NCBI RefSeq assembly: GCF_009914755.1
Contig: NC_060927.1
Direction: 5' to 3' (one strand)
DNA: 64,000 bases
Source: the human T2T-CHM13v2.0 reference genome, Homo sapiens
Made by a program: the position numbers and the translations under genes. The notes below the pieces were generated by a model. That model was given only the letters and a program-made list of their open reading frames with translations. It was not told the origin of the DNA and did no database searches. Positions 15,471 to 30,932 of this stretch are shown here, piece by piece (within the stretch, counting starts at the first letter, position 1; each line of letters begins with the position of its first letter).

Positions 15471-16289
15471 TGCAGAGCACACCCCACCACATGGTGTGCA
15501 ATACAATTAAGCCAGAACTCAATAGTTAAAAGATTTGCTAGAATTCACATGTTTGGGAATTTTAAAATACCTTTAGGCCATATTTTCAACTTAATGATAA
15601 TAAAAAATCTTTTTTAAAACATGGAGTGTATAGCCAAAGTATTTTAAAAAACTGTAGTAAGATTGTGTACATTGATGAAGAATGTAGTCTGAAATTACTA
15701 ACACATATATCAAGGAGTTAGAAAAAATGACAATAAATGCAGTGAAGAGAAGGCAGTAAATAATAAAATAGCAGAAATTTATAAGGAAGAAAACAAGCAT
15801 ACAGTATAAAAAATTAATAAAGCTAAGTGTTAATTCTTTGAAAGGACTCATTAACAAATATCTAAAAAGAATTATGAAGAGAAGAAGGAAAAGGAAGAAA
15901 AGAAAGGCAAAAGTAACCAATATCAGAAATGTAAATATGACATCACTATAGATATTGTAGACATAAAAATAATAAAGGCATATTAATAATAAATTTATGC
16001 TAGTAGAATCTAAAATGTGGATGAACTGGTCTAGAAAAATATAATTTACCAAAATTGACTTAAGAGTTAAGAAAAAATTTACTTAATCTTATAACTATTA
16101 AAGAGTTGAATTCATAACTGTAAAGAATTCACAAAGAAAACTCTATACCTAGATGACTTTCCTGGAAAGTTCTACCCAAAATTCTCTTAAAAACCTCTAA
16201 AACTCTTCTGTAATGTTGGAAAAAACAAACAAACAAACAAAAACAACAATAAAAAGCAATCTCCTAGGAGAAGCAGTTAGAGTCTCACC

Positions 16290-16765
16290 AATATTCCAAA
16301 AACTTTATCAGGTCAGAGTGCCCTGAACCACTTCCAACTGAGTACATTTATCTCTGTGCTTGGGGCCTCTTCTAGAAGATTTTCCCCAGGTGTCTGATCA
16401 TCCAGAAATGTCAGGGAATTAACATCCTCCACCTCCACCACACCCCATTTCCCCGGCAGCCCTCAAGCAATGACTGATGGGAATATTTAAACAAGTAATA
16501 TTTATATTTATACAACTCCCTGGACCTGGAGTTGTATAATTCTGATTTGTATATAAAACTGTTTCCTAGATTTTTGGTGCAGAATTAAATTTTAGTTGCC
16601 CATTGTGAAAGCTGCCTTAATAACATTGCCCTTTACGGACTGTTTCGTCTTACCTATATTTCTTGCCCATTTCCCTGCCAGTATTTCCTCTGCTCCTCTC
16701 AAATCACATTTTTGCATTTGAATTCAAGTCTCAGAGACCGCTTCTGGGAGAAATACACAAAAACA
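16290..16765 (+). mobile_element. LTR16-family ERVL LTR
   Basis: 'cagccctcaagcaatgactgatggga' and the 3' end 'tttgcatttgaattcaagtctcagagaccgcttctgggagaa'. Confidence 0.65.
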
Positions 16766-19700
16766 ACTCCCTATTTTTGTTATGAGATGAGCAATAGTTT
16801 AATCTCAACCTTTACAAAGTCATGATAAGAAAATCATGGTTTAGTCACTCATATACATAGATGTTAAAATTCTGAGCAAAAACTTAGCAAGAAAAATTCA
16901 GCAACATGTAGAGAGGATAACACAAAATCATCAAGTTTTGTATCTCAGGACTACAAGGTAGACTTAACACATGAATAGCAATTAATGTTATTTGCTATAT
17001 TAAAATATTAAGGAAAATAATTATACACTATAATTGTTTATTTAGAAATATATAGTTATATATAAGAATATATAATGCCACAATTATATTATTAATTACA
17101 AAATGAAGAAAAAAACTTTAAAAATTTAATATGTATTCATGGATTTAAAATATCTTAGCAAATAGAAGAGAAAAAATGTCCTCAATTTGATAAAGAATAT
17201 CTTAAAAACCTATAGCAACAATGTACTTAGAGAGATAATAATAGCTTTCTTTTTTAGATCAAAAATATAAAAGGGTTTCTACTATGACTAATGCTACTCA
17301 TCATTTTATTGGAGAACCTAAACAGTGTAGTAGAGAAATAAAAAGAACTATAAGCTATAGTGGTTGGGGTGGGGAGAGAAAGCAACAAAATTTTAATTAT
17401 TTGAAGGCAATAGTTTGCAGATATAAATTAAGTAGATAGATAAATTAGAAGAAGGGAAGATAAAAATGTTGCTTCACAAATAATATACAAAAGCAAATTG
17501 TTTATACATAGGTACAAGATTTAAAAAATAAAAACTCAAACAAAAATATTTCAGTTAGGAAGACATTTTTAAAACATAATGCACCAGAAAACATCTAACC
17601 CTTATGAAAAAAATTATATATTTTATAGAGTGACATTTTAAATGACCTAAATAAATGAAGAGATATACCATATTCATGAATTGGAAGATACGTGTAAATA
17701 TGTCAATTTTACACAAATTTATATATAGATTTATTCCAATCCCAATAAAATCCCTAAGTTTGATTTTTTAAGTTTGACCAACTAAGATATAAGTAAATAA
17801 ATACACACACAGAGATGGAGAGAGAGAGAGAGAGGCAGAAAGACAGAGATGAAAACAGCTAAACTACTGTTAAATAACAAATTGGGAAAACAGGCTTTTT
17901 GGATATGAAAAATGATCTTAAAACCACTGTAACTAAGATAAAGATAATCAGATAGACCTGAGGAGCATAACAGTGATAAAACAGACCCACATAAGCATGG
18001 ACACTTAATATATGAAATGTATATCATATATGAAAACACTAAGGTGGCACCGCAGATCAAAAGAAACATTTCTGAAAATTGGGTGTCCATGTAGAAGAAA
18101 TAAAATTGGGCTTCTACCTCCCACCACACATGCAAATCAATTCCAGCTGAATTAAAGACCAAAATGTGAGAGGTAAAACCATAAAGTGTTTAGAAAATAT
18201 AGGAGAATGTCTTCATTTCTTTAGGGTATCAAAGACTTCTTAAAAGTCATAAAATTTTTGTCAAAGACATAAAATTCTAACCATAAAAAAAAGAAAAAAA
18301 GAGATTGAGAGAAAGTGGAGGGGTGGAGAAGAAGGAAACGAGGGAGGAAAGAAAAAAGAAATCATGTAAAATTAAAGATTTCTAGTGTCCATAAATTTTA
18401 ATGCTATAAAAGTGTCGGAAGTCTTTGGTTTTCATCAGAATAATTTCCTCTGCTTTTTTTTTCTGCTATAGGAAATTAAATAAAATATTAGTGACACTAA
18501 GAAATGGTTTTTATGTGAACTTCTGAGTTGTCTAAACCGTTAAGAGGAAAGTGTGGCCTTTATATAGCTGATATCTATTGCTTTAGTCCACTGAGAATAC
18601 ATTTTAAGAAGCCTTATAATTTAAAATGGATTTATTTTCAACTATTATTTCTTTTGAATTAAAATCTTTTCTAAGTAGTTCTTATTTTTCATTTTCTCAC
18701 AACATTTTGTGAATTTGTGCTATCATTTGAGAACAATTTAGAAACATTTTTTAAAAACAAAGAATTGGGGATGCAGAAATAATGTAAAAGTAGAAACACA
18801 GCCATATATGATTATAATTTCTGTCATAACATTATTATTTTCTAATTATTGCACTATTTGTGTAGATTTCCAAAAGTTATATAGGAGTTTTCAATGAAAA
18901 GGATCTTACTTTGATTAAAAATCCCAGTCTCAATTGTGAAAATCTGCTGTGCTATGTGGATGGCTAAGCTTTTGGTAATCTCCTAAACTTGGCTGAACTA
19001 GCCCATGAGGCACACTCAGAGTTTACAATGAGATAGGTTTTGTCTATTGGATAAATTTGTCCATTAAGTACAATTGCCTGTCAAGAATATAGAGAAAAAA
19101 AAAAACACCTTCCCTTCTATAGAGAGAATTACCTAATAAACCCACTGTTCCTACTTTCTCTGAAGACTTTGAGGTCGAGGAGGCCACTAATGATTCCACT
19201 TTGACTGCAGAGATTTGTCTTGGCAGGACTTCTAAAGAAACTCTTAATCATCTTCCTGCTTATGGCTTTACCTGCTTCCTGAGTTTCAGATCAGGTTGTA
19301 GGGTTTCTGATGCAGACTATTTATTAAAGGAGTAGAATTGTGTCTTCCTTTACTCCTTTGAAGTAAGTAGGGCAGAAAAAAATTGATCTTAAATTCTCAA
19401 AATGCCTTTTTTTTTTTTACTTATATTTTACTTGAACCTCTGAAAAAGTTTCCTTCTGTTTTGGTGTGTCTTTTCTTCATATAACTGGCACCTGTTTCTA
19501 GTATATGCACCATGGGAAGATTGCTTTCATGGAAATTAAATAATACAAAATAAGATTAAAATAAAAGGTTAAACTTTAAAGTTAGGATATAACAGGGATA
19601 TGTAGGATCAAATTTAAGAGACAGGGTTGTTTTAAGGTGGGCAAAAATGTATTGTACTGAATTACATGGCAATTTTAAATCTAAAATATGATGTATAAGT

Positions 19701-20034
19701 CAGAAGACGGTTGGTGGGTTAATCATCCACGAAGACTGAGAAAAAGAAGAATTATAGAAGCAAATGTTGGCAGTGCCTGTCCCAGGCAGCTAAACACTGC
19801 CAATTCCTTGGCTTGGCATGCCTATAGTAGGGAAGAAGTTGCTTGTCAAGAAACCACTGGGTGTTTAAAATGGCTTCATATTTAACAGATAACATGATAT
19901 GGATATCTGGCTCTCTTGACAGCTCTATTTCTAACAAATAATGAATGACTTGGCTAACTGTCTCTGCCCACATCAGGTTTCCGAGATGCAATGCTGACAG
20001 TTAGCTCTTAACCAAATATATTTTCTCTGGTGGT

Positions 20035-20192
20035 AAGAACGCCAGACAGCAAATAAAATTTAGAATGTCTGGTTACATTTGAATTCCAGATAAACAATGA
20101 ATAATTTAGAGCATAGTTAGACTAAAAAAGTATTCGTTACTTGTCTAAAATTCAAACTTAACTGGGCTTCCTATATTCTGCCTGGTAACTCA
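20035..20192. mobile_element. MER53 palindromic hAT MITE with a central deletion
   Basis: Inverted arms 'ggttacatttgaattccagataaacaatgaataattt' and 'aaagtattcgttacttgtctaaaattcaaacttaactgg'. Confidence 0.8.
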
Positions 20193-21219
20193 ACCTGGTG
20201 AGAACCTATGGCAGTGGCCAACTTGCCTAACTTACAAGACATTGATTGGTAACACACCAGTACAAGGTAATATTTGAGGGGGAAGAAATGCCATATACAC
20301 ATAGGGCTTATGATTCTTTCCCATCCGTCATCTAATTAGAGCTTCACAATGAAGCCTGACCTGACCTGGTATCCATGACCACCATGTGTTCATTATCATG
20401 AGAACAATGAGGCCCTCTGACTTCCAATCCACCCTCTTCACAGCTGACCACCTCTCTTCCTAGATGTCCTATTTCACATCATTTCGTTAGCTGTATGCTA
20501 ATGCATTTTATTTATTGACTCTTACCTTGAATGTTCTCTCTGATCTCACCTTCTGAAAGCCAGTCATTCCATTTGCTTCCTGAGTAATAAGGGCATATAT
20601 TGATAGATAATACTTTTCATGGAACTATAACAAATAGAAATTGAGATTCAGAAATAAATATACCTCCAAGTAAACTTTTGAATTAATCAAATCTTGGTTT
20701 GGCACATTTTGAGTGTGGGTTTTTTTCTAATTCAGTTCTTCCTTCCCTACCTTTCCCCAATTACTGAAGGTTCCAATAAGTATTACTCCAATTCCTCTTG
20801 CCAAACTTTCTTTCAAGAAAAGTCTCTTTAGCTCAAGTAACCTAAAGTTAAAAAGCACCCACAATGACCTTAAGTTAAATTAATACACATGGGCAGCTTC
20901 TAGGCAAGAATAATATTGTAGTACTTTGCTATTTAGGGTGGGATCATTTCAACTCCTTTGAAACGATCAGCATTCAACCACCATGTAAGAGAGTTCCTGA
21001 AATATTTGTAAACTTAAAAAAATTATTTAGATAAATACATAAACCAGACAGACAAAGAGACAGAAAGATAAAAGAATTACAAAGAAGAAGGCAAGGCAGG
21101 GAAGCCTGTCTAAATGGGACGCATGACACAGAAGAGAACAGTATGATTCAGCTGTTTTGCATGAAGGTTAAATTATTATGCAGCCAACAGGACTACTGAG
21201 AAGCAGGACTTGTGTCTTC

Positions 21220-21370
21220 AGTGTCCAAATTCTGTCTCTGATTCTAATGACTCATTTTGTGACTGCATGTAACTTATTACATTCTCTTTATTCTACTCTT
21301 ACCTGCTGGAAAAGAAATTAAATACCATACAATTCACAGGCGATTATAATCCTGAGTCATTAATTCAATA
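21220..21370 (+). mobile_element. MIR fragment
   Basis: 'gtccaaattctgtctctg...tgtgactgcatgtaacttattacattctct...cctgctggaaaag'. Confidence 0.5.
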
Positions 21371-23037
21371 ATTTATATAGAGAAAATATTATTAGCTGGT
21401 AGAGAAGTGGTGACAAAAGTAATTCTGAAAGGCATAATTTGGGAATCTGGAAACAGCAATAAAATAGAATGTGCAAGGCCAAAATTTTGGTTTAAAAAAA
21501 AAACACTTGGAATCAAGAACTTGTGTTCATGGAGACATGGAAAATAGAGAATGGTTGCAGAGAGCAGGGACAAGTCTAAGCTGTGTTGTGCTGTGTAACA
21601 TGCATATTCTAGGGACACTGAAACCCCTTCCTACTCTGTTTACCCTCTACTTGCCACACACGTCATTCTAATATGGACGTTATATCTTTCTCCTTGCCAC
21701 CCTAAGCTTAAAACCTTTCCTCGGATGATTTGTGCTGAGACAGAAATAATTTCATAAATTGAAAAGGGTATTATTTTATAAGCTGGCACCAGAGTTTATT
21801 CTGAGAAAAGAATACATATGGCTCAGTGTTTGAGAAAGAAATGTGAGGCCAGAAAGAATAGGAAGGATACAACTAAACTATTCTTCAAAAAAAATGAGGT
21901 GCTGAGGTGACGGAGAAATTCAGGAGGCAGAAGAAGAGGAAAACAGACTGGAGAAAAGCCAGTATCCAAGTTGGCAGAAAAAACAGATACTTTTAAAAAA
22001 CTGAGACAGCTAATATTCATTCTTAAGCTGTTCACATTATTGTGTTATAAAACCAGCACACCAAGGCTTTTTATGTTTTTATCGTGTGTGGAAATGAAGA
22101 AAATGGCTAGGCAAACCTACAGTAGGCAGAACACAAATAGCTGGTGGGCAAAGGTGAGATGATCCATGAATTGAATTGATCCAAAGGAAACAGACTTTTA
22201 AACTAGAAGTGACTAAGAAACACATGAATATACCTCACCTCCTCGAGCATTTCCAGAATGATTGGAAAGAAGGATTTCTATTACAAACAAAAGGATTTGA
22301 GTCAATGTTATTTTCATCTCTGCAGACTCTAGGATTTAATCTGGGCTAGCAGGCCCTTCCCTGGGGCTGTGTGATGTGAGGTAGACAGCAAGTGACCTGA
22401 TACCTCCCTCCTCCCTCCTGCATCTCCCCAAACAGTTCTCATCTGATCTGCTTCTCCTAGTTACAATTCCAGAAAAGATTTCCTTTTACCTTTTAATGCA
22501 GCTGAGAAAAAAATTATGCTGGAAAGTCATTCACCTAAAGTCTCACTCTTTACAGAGGTATTTCTATTTAAAATAAAAAGTGAATAAAATGATTGAGGCC
22601 TTATGGAATAATTTCATGAGAAAGTCTTTCTAGAGAGTTGGAGGAAGTTGAAGAAGCGGGAATGGGTTGGTGCCTGAAGATAGTAAACTAGGGAAGGAAT
22701 TCATAGTATAAAGCCTAGAATTTGAAGTTCTCTCTAATAGTCCAAGACCTTCCCCCCAGGTGACATTTTCTAATGATATTTTGAAGAAAGAGAGAATAGA
22801 TTTTTATTGAGAAAAACTACACAATTTGAATTCTATTGGTAACCTTTAACTTTGTATTCTGCCATCAGAATATCTCAAAGACCTTAAAGCCTAATAAAAA
22901 GATTAAAATATTTAAATACCGACCACAAAGACAGAAAAAGCATAGTTTACACTGAGGTTTTTTTCTTTAAAATAAGAGGCATTACATTTTGCTGTGCAAT
23001 GCTAATAATTTCTTAAATGGAATATAAGAAAGAGGTA

Positions 23038-23401
<364 letters not shown>

Positions 23402-24191
23402 TTAAGATTTTATTCTTATTTCTTCACTTCCTTAAAATTACTTTTTAAAAGGTTACTTAATATTTTTTAAACTTCCTTTTCAAAGGTGATACCTTTGAGA
23501 ACTGAGTTCAGGATTCTCAAATTTGTATTTTATCATTTGGTGCTAGGAGAGACCTCCTTTGCTTTAAAAAAAATGATTTTTAATGACAATCTCACAGCTC
23601 ATTTTTAAATAGCCTCTTTCCGTTTCTGAGGAATTGCTTTGGAGTTCAAACAAAATGAGTCACCCAAGGAAAAAAAATTCACAAGCCATTTTTATGCATT
23701 ATACAGAGCAGAAATTTAATTTAATGGCACTGATATAGAAGAGCTCCTTCAAGTAGCAATTTAAGAAATCTGTTCCTTTACTTTTATGACAGCAGCAAGT
23801 TCTGTTGTCTATGCACATGAAATAACAATGAATGGTAATTGATCCTGGTGCTCCTAGAAGTGTGGAAAGGGGCTGCTGGTGGCCAGGAAAGGGGGATCAA
23901 CCTAATACCATAGGGAAAAATAATTCTACAATGTAATTTGGGGGGTTTCTTTACAGTTCTTCCTCTCTCCTAGCTGGGATTGGAGCAGTTTCAGTTCTCA
24001 TTTTCTTCCTTACCCTCTGCCTTTGATTTGAAGAATTTTCCTATGGGAAAATAGAGGGCAGCAAGTAAGGAACTTGTAACTATTGAGACTTCCTTTCAAA
24101 ATTTAAACTGTTATCCCTGTCATATATCTGCTCCCTTCAAGTTGCAGAGAATTTAGGTTACAGTCTTGATTTAGGTCCAGATGAGCCCTTT

Positions 24192-24508
24192 GTTTTTTTT
24201 TTTTTTTTGAGATGGAGTCTCACTCTGTTGCCCAGGCTGGAGTGCAGTGGCATGATCTCAGCTCAACTGCAACCTCCGCCTCCCAGGTTCAAGCAATTCT
24301 CTGCCTCAGCCTCCCGAGTAGCTGGCAGTACAAGCGCCTGCCACCACGCCTGGCTTTTTTTTTTTTTTTTTTTTGTATTTTTAGTAGAGACGGGGTTTCA
24401 CCGTGTTAGCCAGGATGGTCTCAATCTCCTGACCTCGTGACCTTGTGATCTGCCCGCCTTGGCCTCCCAAAGTGCTGGGATTACAGGCGTGAGCCACCGT
24501 GCCCAGTC
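24192..24508 (-). mobile_element. AluSc-like
   Basis: Contains ttagccaggatggtctc and an internal 8-bp duplication cctcgtga/ccttgtga. TSD (gtc)cagatgagcccttt on both sides. Confidence 0.93.
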
Positions 24509-25445
24509 CAGATGAGCCCTTTCTGACATGGGGGTCCTTTCCCTCACTCCTCTGACAATGGATATACCCATTTCATTCTGTAGGTTTATAGAAATAATAA
24601 TTCAGGAACCACTTGCTTCAAGATGACAATTTACACTTTTAGACTAAGTGGCAATACTGCTTCAGGGGTTCTTCCTTCCATTTTGAAATAACCTCCTCTG
24701 TGGTTCACTATTTTAGTTCCTTAACAGGATATATTTTCTTAACACACATGGTATGTGAAACTGTATCTAAGGGATATTTCACTTTCACAGCTCTAGCTTA
24801 CTAGGTTCTCTAACCCTAGGTTAAGAGTACTGATTCTCCAGCCAAACTGACCACCCAGGTTCATCTCCCATCAAGGCCTGCTTTCCAGCTGTATGCCCCA
24901 GAAAACAGAATCAGACACATTTTTGAGGAAAGTACCATTCCAGGAAGCTGGACCATACCCCAGGAAGTTCTTCACAGAGGCCATTTACACAGTGTGATGA
25001 ACATCCTGGCTCCCTCTCAGCTCCGATGCTAAGGATCAATGAGATTGATAATGAGCAAACTCATCTCTTCATGAGTACTGGAGGTTTTAGAGTCTTCTTG
25101 GATTCTACTGAAAACAGAAAAAAGGGAGAGAAGGATAGAATGACTGGCTTAGCTATCAATTTTCTACTCCTCATTGCTATCACATCTACTTTTCTTGTCT
25201 GGGTTCTATTTTAGTCAGCCAGCGTTATCAGGCTTTTGAAAGCCCATGATATCAGTCAAAAAAAATTAAAACATCAAGTATAAGATGTAAGCCATTAAGT
25301 GGCTAACATCAATTGGATCTAAAAATGTTAGATATTCTGTGCTTTGAGTGCATCATTTCATTTAATCTGCATAACTCCATGATAAAGATCTTTTTTTTTA
25401 TTTTACAGATGAAGACTCTGGAGCTTAAAGAAATAATTTACAATT

Positions 25446-25961
25446 CCAGTTATATATTGCTGTGTAACAAACCACCCTGAACTTAGTGGTTTAAAAAAGA
25501 ACAATTAGTTTGCTCAAAAATGTACCATTTGGGCAGTGTTTGGTAGGGACAGCCCACATATGCTCCAAGCAGTGTCAACTAGGATGGATGACTCAAAGAT
25601 CGGGGGAACGTGATGGCTGGAAGCTAGAATCATCTGAATGCTCACACACTCACATGCCCGATGGCTGATACTGGCATGTGATCCTCAAGTGGGGCTCTTG
25701 GATCAAATGACTATATGCAACTTCTCAATGGGTTGCTTGGTTTTCTCAGATCATGGCAGCTGGATACCAAGAGTGAGCATTCGAAGAGACAAGAAGTGAG
25801 TGATACCAGTTTTTTAAAGCCTGGGTCTTGTAACCGGCATAGTGTCATTTGCATAGCATTCTATTAGTCACAGAGCCCAGATTCAATAGGAGACAAAGAC
25901 CCCACCACATGATGAGAGAAGCGTAAAAACACTTAGAGGCCATGATTTAGAATTGGCCACA
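25446..25961 (-). mobile_element. MLT1F/H-like MaLR LTR nested in a MIR (MIR ~25300-26050)
   Basis: 'ccagttatatattgctgtgtaacaaaccaccctgaacttagtggtttaaaa...ggccaca', with the MIR core 'ttttacagatgaagactctgg' immediately 5'. Confidence 0.75.
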
Positions 25962-26787
25962 CTTTGTAGCATCATGCATCTTGAAGTAAAGAATCTTGGA
26001 CTCAAGACTTGGACTTTATAACTTCAAAGTTCTGGTTTTTAATCACTTTTCTAAATTACCTTAAAAGTGAATTTTGTATTAGAAAAGGCAACATTTAAAA
26101 TAGAGTTCTGTGAATACTCATAAAAACCATACCTCCCAAAATTCAGATTAACAGAGTTCAGGTGATATTGGAGCTAGAGGTGACCTCGATGTATCCCACC
26201 TCTTTTCCTTCATTCTATACACCAGGAAGGGCAAGCACCAACTGGTCACATGACGTGGTTGTGTTAGCCAGTTGCAGTGTTGGGACCAAAAGCCAATACA
26301 TTTTCCACTGTGTCTCTGCTTGGATGCACATATTACTTCCATTTTCTACTTTGTATATAAGTAACTTTTTAATCCAAATAACTAACATTTACCTGGAGAT
26401 TTACAATATCCAAAGTACTTTTTTTTTTTTTTTTTTAAACGCTAGGATGCCTATCCTGGCCAACTGGGACAATGCACTGTGACAAAGACTCTGATGGCCA
26501 ATCCAAAAAAAAAAAAATCAAATCACTGATTCTTAAGAATGGAAGCTATAAATGACAAATCAATGAATAACATGGTGATTGGAAGCTGATAGAGAAACAT
26601 TGGAAGTGAGAGGATATGATGAATAAGGCAGACAGAGGTATATAATATATATGGCTGGTTCACAATGAATGTCCCAGAATCTCAGGATTCTGGAACAATG
26701 CACTTCTGCTAATTCCCACCTTACCAGGCCAGGCCTCACTAGACTTGATGTCAAACCACTGTCAGGTAAGTTCTATTGTTAACACCC

Positions 26788-27203
26788 TATGTTAGTTTCC
26801 TGGAGCTGCCATAACATATTGCCAGAAACTGGGTAGCCTCAAACAACAGAAATTTATCTTCCCATTGTTTTAGTGGCTAGAAGTCTAAAATCAAGGTGTA
26901 GACTAGCCTTGCTCCATCCAAAGGCTCTAGGGAATAATCCTCCCTTGCTTCTTCTAGCTTGTGGTGGCGGCCAGCAATCCCTGTAGATGCATCACTTCAA
27001 TCTCTGCCTCCATCTTCAGATAGCATTCTCCTCTGTGTGTCTGTATCCAAATGTAATGACACCAGTTATTAGATGAGGGCATACTCTAAGCCAGTATGAT
27101 CTCATCTTAATTTGATTACTTCTGAAAAGATCCCATTTCCCAATAAGGTCACACCCACAGATTGTAGACAGATATGAATTTGTACACTATTCAACCCAGC
27201 ACA
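26788..27203 (-). mobile_element. MLT1B/C MaLR LTR nested in a MIR
   Basis: 'gttagtttcctggagctgccataaca...aaacaacagaaatttat...ggctagaagtctaaaatcaaggtgt...cactattcaacccagcaca'. Confidence 0.85.
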
Positions 27204-27900
27204 CCTTCCTTTTAGAGATGTAGAAACTGACATCCAGATAGGCTAAGCAGTAGGATCAGATCATTCTGGGGAACAATTTGGTATTTAAAACCAGGTCTTC
27301 TAATTCCAATCCTGTGTTGTTTCCACTGTTGCATAAAGTATGCAAGAAAATTTTGTAATGTAAGATAATCTTATTTGATTTTCCTCATGAGGCCTGTGGG
27401 AAAAAAAAAAGGAAGACTGAATATTATCTTTTTTTGCAAAGGGAAAAGAATGACTTCCTTGAACTTCCTGCCCCGTCTATTTGTTTCCATAGCAACCTAT
27501 TATGCCTTTCATAAGTGTTATCGCTTTATTGTATTTGCCTGATTATCTGTTCTACCAAATGCAAATGCAGAGAAAAGCAGCTTGGTGGAGGCACTGATGA
27601 GTGAGACTGAGAGAGATACAGAGTCCTGCCTGGGTCACAGGGGTTAGGTGCAAAGTTTGGACCTGAACTAATTCTGGGAGGCTATGACTTCCTCTTATGG
27701 TATCTTCTCCAAGAGTCAAATTTTCACTGTGTGATCAGGCCCCTTCATCTATTGTTTTCATCAGGCACAATGCCCATGATCTATGAACTTTTTAAGAGTC
27801 AAAAAAAATTTAAGACCTGAAAATATATTACTAGTTACAAATAGTAAAATGTTGCAAAACTAAAGGTAATAAGTATTTTAATTAAATAATGATAAAATAT

Positions 27901-28214
<314 letters not shown>

Positions 28215-29679
28215 TTATTATATAAATAAATATGCAAATTTTACATAATCTGGGACTTTCATGCATTTTAGTTGATATAATATGAATGGGAGGTTTTCAA
28301 AAATAAGAATATTTTGGGCCTATAAAGATCCTAAAAAGTCCCCAAGTACCAGATTAAAAATCAACCCTGTTTATGAGGATCAAAACAACTCTCTGATTAA
28401 GTCTGGCATATGAGATGGGAGAGTGTGAACAGTTCCTTTTTTTCCTTTCATCACAAGTAAAGCAGCTTCTCCTTATTATATAACCGTCTTAGTCAGGATC
28501 AGTAATGCAGCATTTGGTGAGGTCGTCATGTACTATTTGTGGCTCACTTAATCCCAGTCTTCCTCCTGGGGGTAGGCCTAACAGAGAGATGTTTCATTTT
28601 GGTGTTTTTCCTGTGAAATTTTTGATCCAATTACCTTTTAATCTTTTGCTACACAGTGTGTTGGGCAAGCAATTTAGCAGCCAGAGCCCTTGGTCTACAA
28701 TGAGAATGAGCACAAGAGACAAGAGAACTGGAATACCAGAAATCAAAGAAAATAATATTGAATGGGAGAAAGATTTATCATTTTTGTAGCTCTCTGTTCC
28801 TGATAACGCCCAGATAGCTAAAAGAACAACTAGATTTAAAGGATGTTAACAATCTTTTTAGTGAGAACTAATTTTAGTTCCAGCTCCCCCTATACTCCTA
28901 CCCATGGAATGAAAGTCTTGTTATTCTTCTTTTACATTAAAGATTTCATAATATTCAAAGTAGATCTCTGACATCGATGTGGATGACACAGTTTCCATAT
29001 TGGGGAAATCTTATGACTTTTCTTGGCAATGAGAGTTTATGTTGTTTAACCACAGTAAAAGCCAAGGATGTAAAGTGACTCCACACTTTTCTCACAATTT
29101 ATAAGCCTTCTGTTGGCCTCTGATCCTTCCTACTCCAGGCTAAGCTCCCTGTGCTAGGATTTCAACCATTCTCCTACCCATCTCCATAATTCCCTCAGTC
29201 CTTTGTGCTCCCACTATACAAACTCCACAAAGCCGTACCCTGCTCCAGTCCCAGATCAGTCAGCTGCTTCTATACAAGTTCAACTAAATATCACAAGAGA
29301 AATTTTCTTATCACCTCTGTTGCTTCCCAAAGTTACCATCTGCAATCTACCTTGGAGAATCTTGCTTCTCATAAATGCTTTTATTTATCTTTGATCAGCA
29401 ACTTATTCCATCCTTATTGCATACTCAAAATGTTATCTTCAAGTCCTTATCCCAATATTCACTCTCAAAAAATAGCCCACTACCTCAGTATCAATACCAG
29501 GCATGAGCTACCTCAAATTTCCTTTCCAATTGCCAAACAAATCCATAGCTACACTTCTCCTACAGTCTCTGAGGAAAAGATGGCACACTCCTCTTTCACA
29601 GGAAAGCTCCATCTATGCTCCTCATTGCGCCCATTCTTGCATTCCTTCTCTATGCCAGACACCAACATTTTAGACAAAA

Positions 29680-30260
29680 AAAATATAGAATGCCTGCTCA
29701 AAGGGTAGTAAGAGAGACAAGAGAACAGACGCATCTCACACAGCATATGTCATTTTGCTTTTTTTTGCTACACGAATATCTACTCTAGAGTGCTGGGGCT
29801 AAAAAATCATTCCAGAGAAGATGATACCTGAGCCAAACCATGTAGGATAAGAAAGGAATAGGCTGGATGAAAAAGGGAGATAAGATCATCCCCAGTAGGG
29901 TGAGCAGCAATTACAATGGCACAGAGTTATGAAAACAAGGGACAGTTGATCTAAAGCTGAGGAGTTGCTGTGGAGTGGAAAAATGTGATGCAGGACAAGG
30001 ATGTCATAATCAGATTCTGAAATACGGCATGCAGACTAAGATGTCTGAGTTTTTATACTGACAGCACTGGGGATCCTGTATAAGTTTCTAATCCTGGGAA
30101 AGGAACAATCACATTTGCAATTTAGGAAGAAGATTTGGAATGCAATGTGGTTGATAGATTGCAGGGGATAGAACTTGGGGCTTGGACTAGAAGGAGGCCA
30201 GCAAATAAACTGACTATAACCCAGGCCAAGAAAACCAATAGGGTGAACTAATTTGTCACT
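29680..30260 (-). mobile_element. L2 LINE fragment
   Basis: 'ccagagaagatgatacctgagccaaa...gagttttatactgacagcactggggatc...aatcacatttgcaatttaggaaga'. Confidence 0.6.
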
Positions 30261-30590
30261 GCCTTAGAATGGCAGTGGCAGTGGCAGGGGCACCTTCATA
30301 TGGGCACCAACACCGTTAAGCCTCAGATACCACTAAGCAAAACCTCTGCTGTGGATATAGATATGAGTGCCCTGGCCTTGTCAAGGGTCAGCTGCAGATA
30401 TCACTGCTGAAAACCAGAGTAGAAAAAAAGTTGTAAATCCCACAGAGGAACAAAAACTACTGTGGATGTCTAAGTCTATCTGGAAGAACTGGTAAAGGTG
30501 TATATGGATGTGGTGTGTGTCAAGTGTGTGTATGGATGTGGTGTGGGGAGAAGAGGATTATGGCAGCTAGCCTTATATTCACTTACTCCC

Positions 30591-30932
30591 TGTATTAGTC
30601 TGTTTTCACGCTGCTGATAAAGACATACCCGAGACGGGGCAATTTACAAAAGAAAGAGGTTTATTGGACTTAGTTCCATGTGGCTGGGGAGGCCTCACAA
30701 TCATGGCGGAAGGTGAAAGGCATGTCTCACAAGATGGCAGACAAGAGAAGAGAGTTTGTGCAGGGAAACTCCCCTTTTTAAAACCATCAGCTCTCGTAAG
30801 ACTTATTCACTATCACGAGAACAGCATGGGAAAGACCTGCCCCCATGATTCAATTACCTCCCACTGGGTCCCTCCCACAACACATGGGAATTCAAGATGA
30901 GATTTGGGTGGGAACACAGCCAAACCATATCA
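30591..30932 (-). mobile_element. THE1A/B solo LTR
   Basis: Complete termini tgtattagtctgttttcacgctgctgataaagacatacccgaga ... gagatttgggtgggaacacagccaaaccatatca. Confidence 0.95.

Larger units (their letters stand above)
14030..18290 (+). mobile_element. Ancient L1M fragments (3' piece, then endonuclease/RT region) interrupted by two LTRs
   Basis: L1 ORF2 remnants (aatttgtatgtacctaataac; gtaaccaatatcagaaatg; gatgttaaaattctgagcaaaa; ccatattcatgaattggaaga). Confidence 0.75.

Noticed and set aside
15591-16052. 153-aa hydrophobic ORF resembling a membrane protein
   Set aside because: It is the T-rich antisense strand of an A-rich L1; the composition is an artefact.
29205-29708. Longest ORF in the track (167 aa)
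   Set aside because: It has a non-ATG start and no recognisable domain, and lies in pyrimidine-rich, probably L2-derived sequence.
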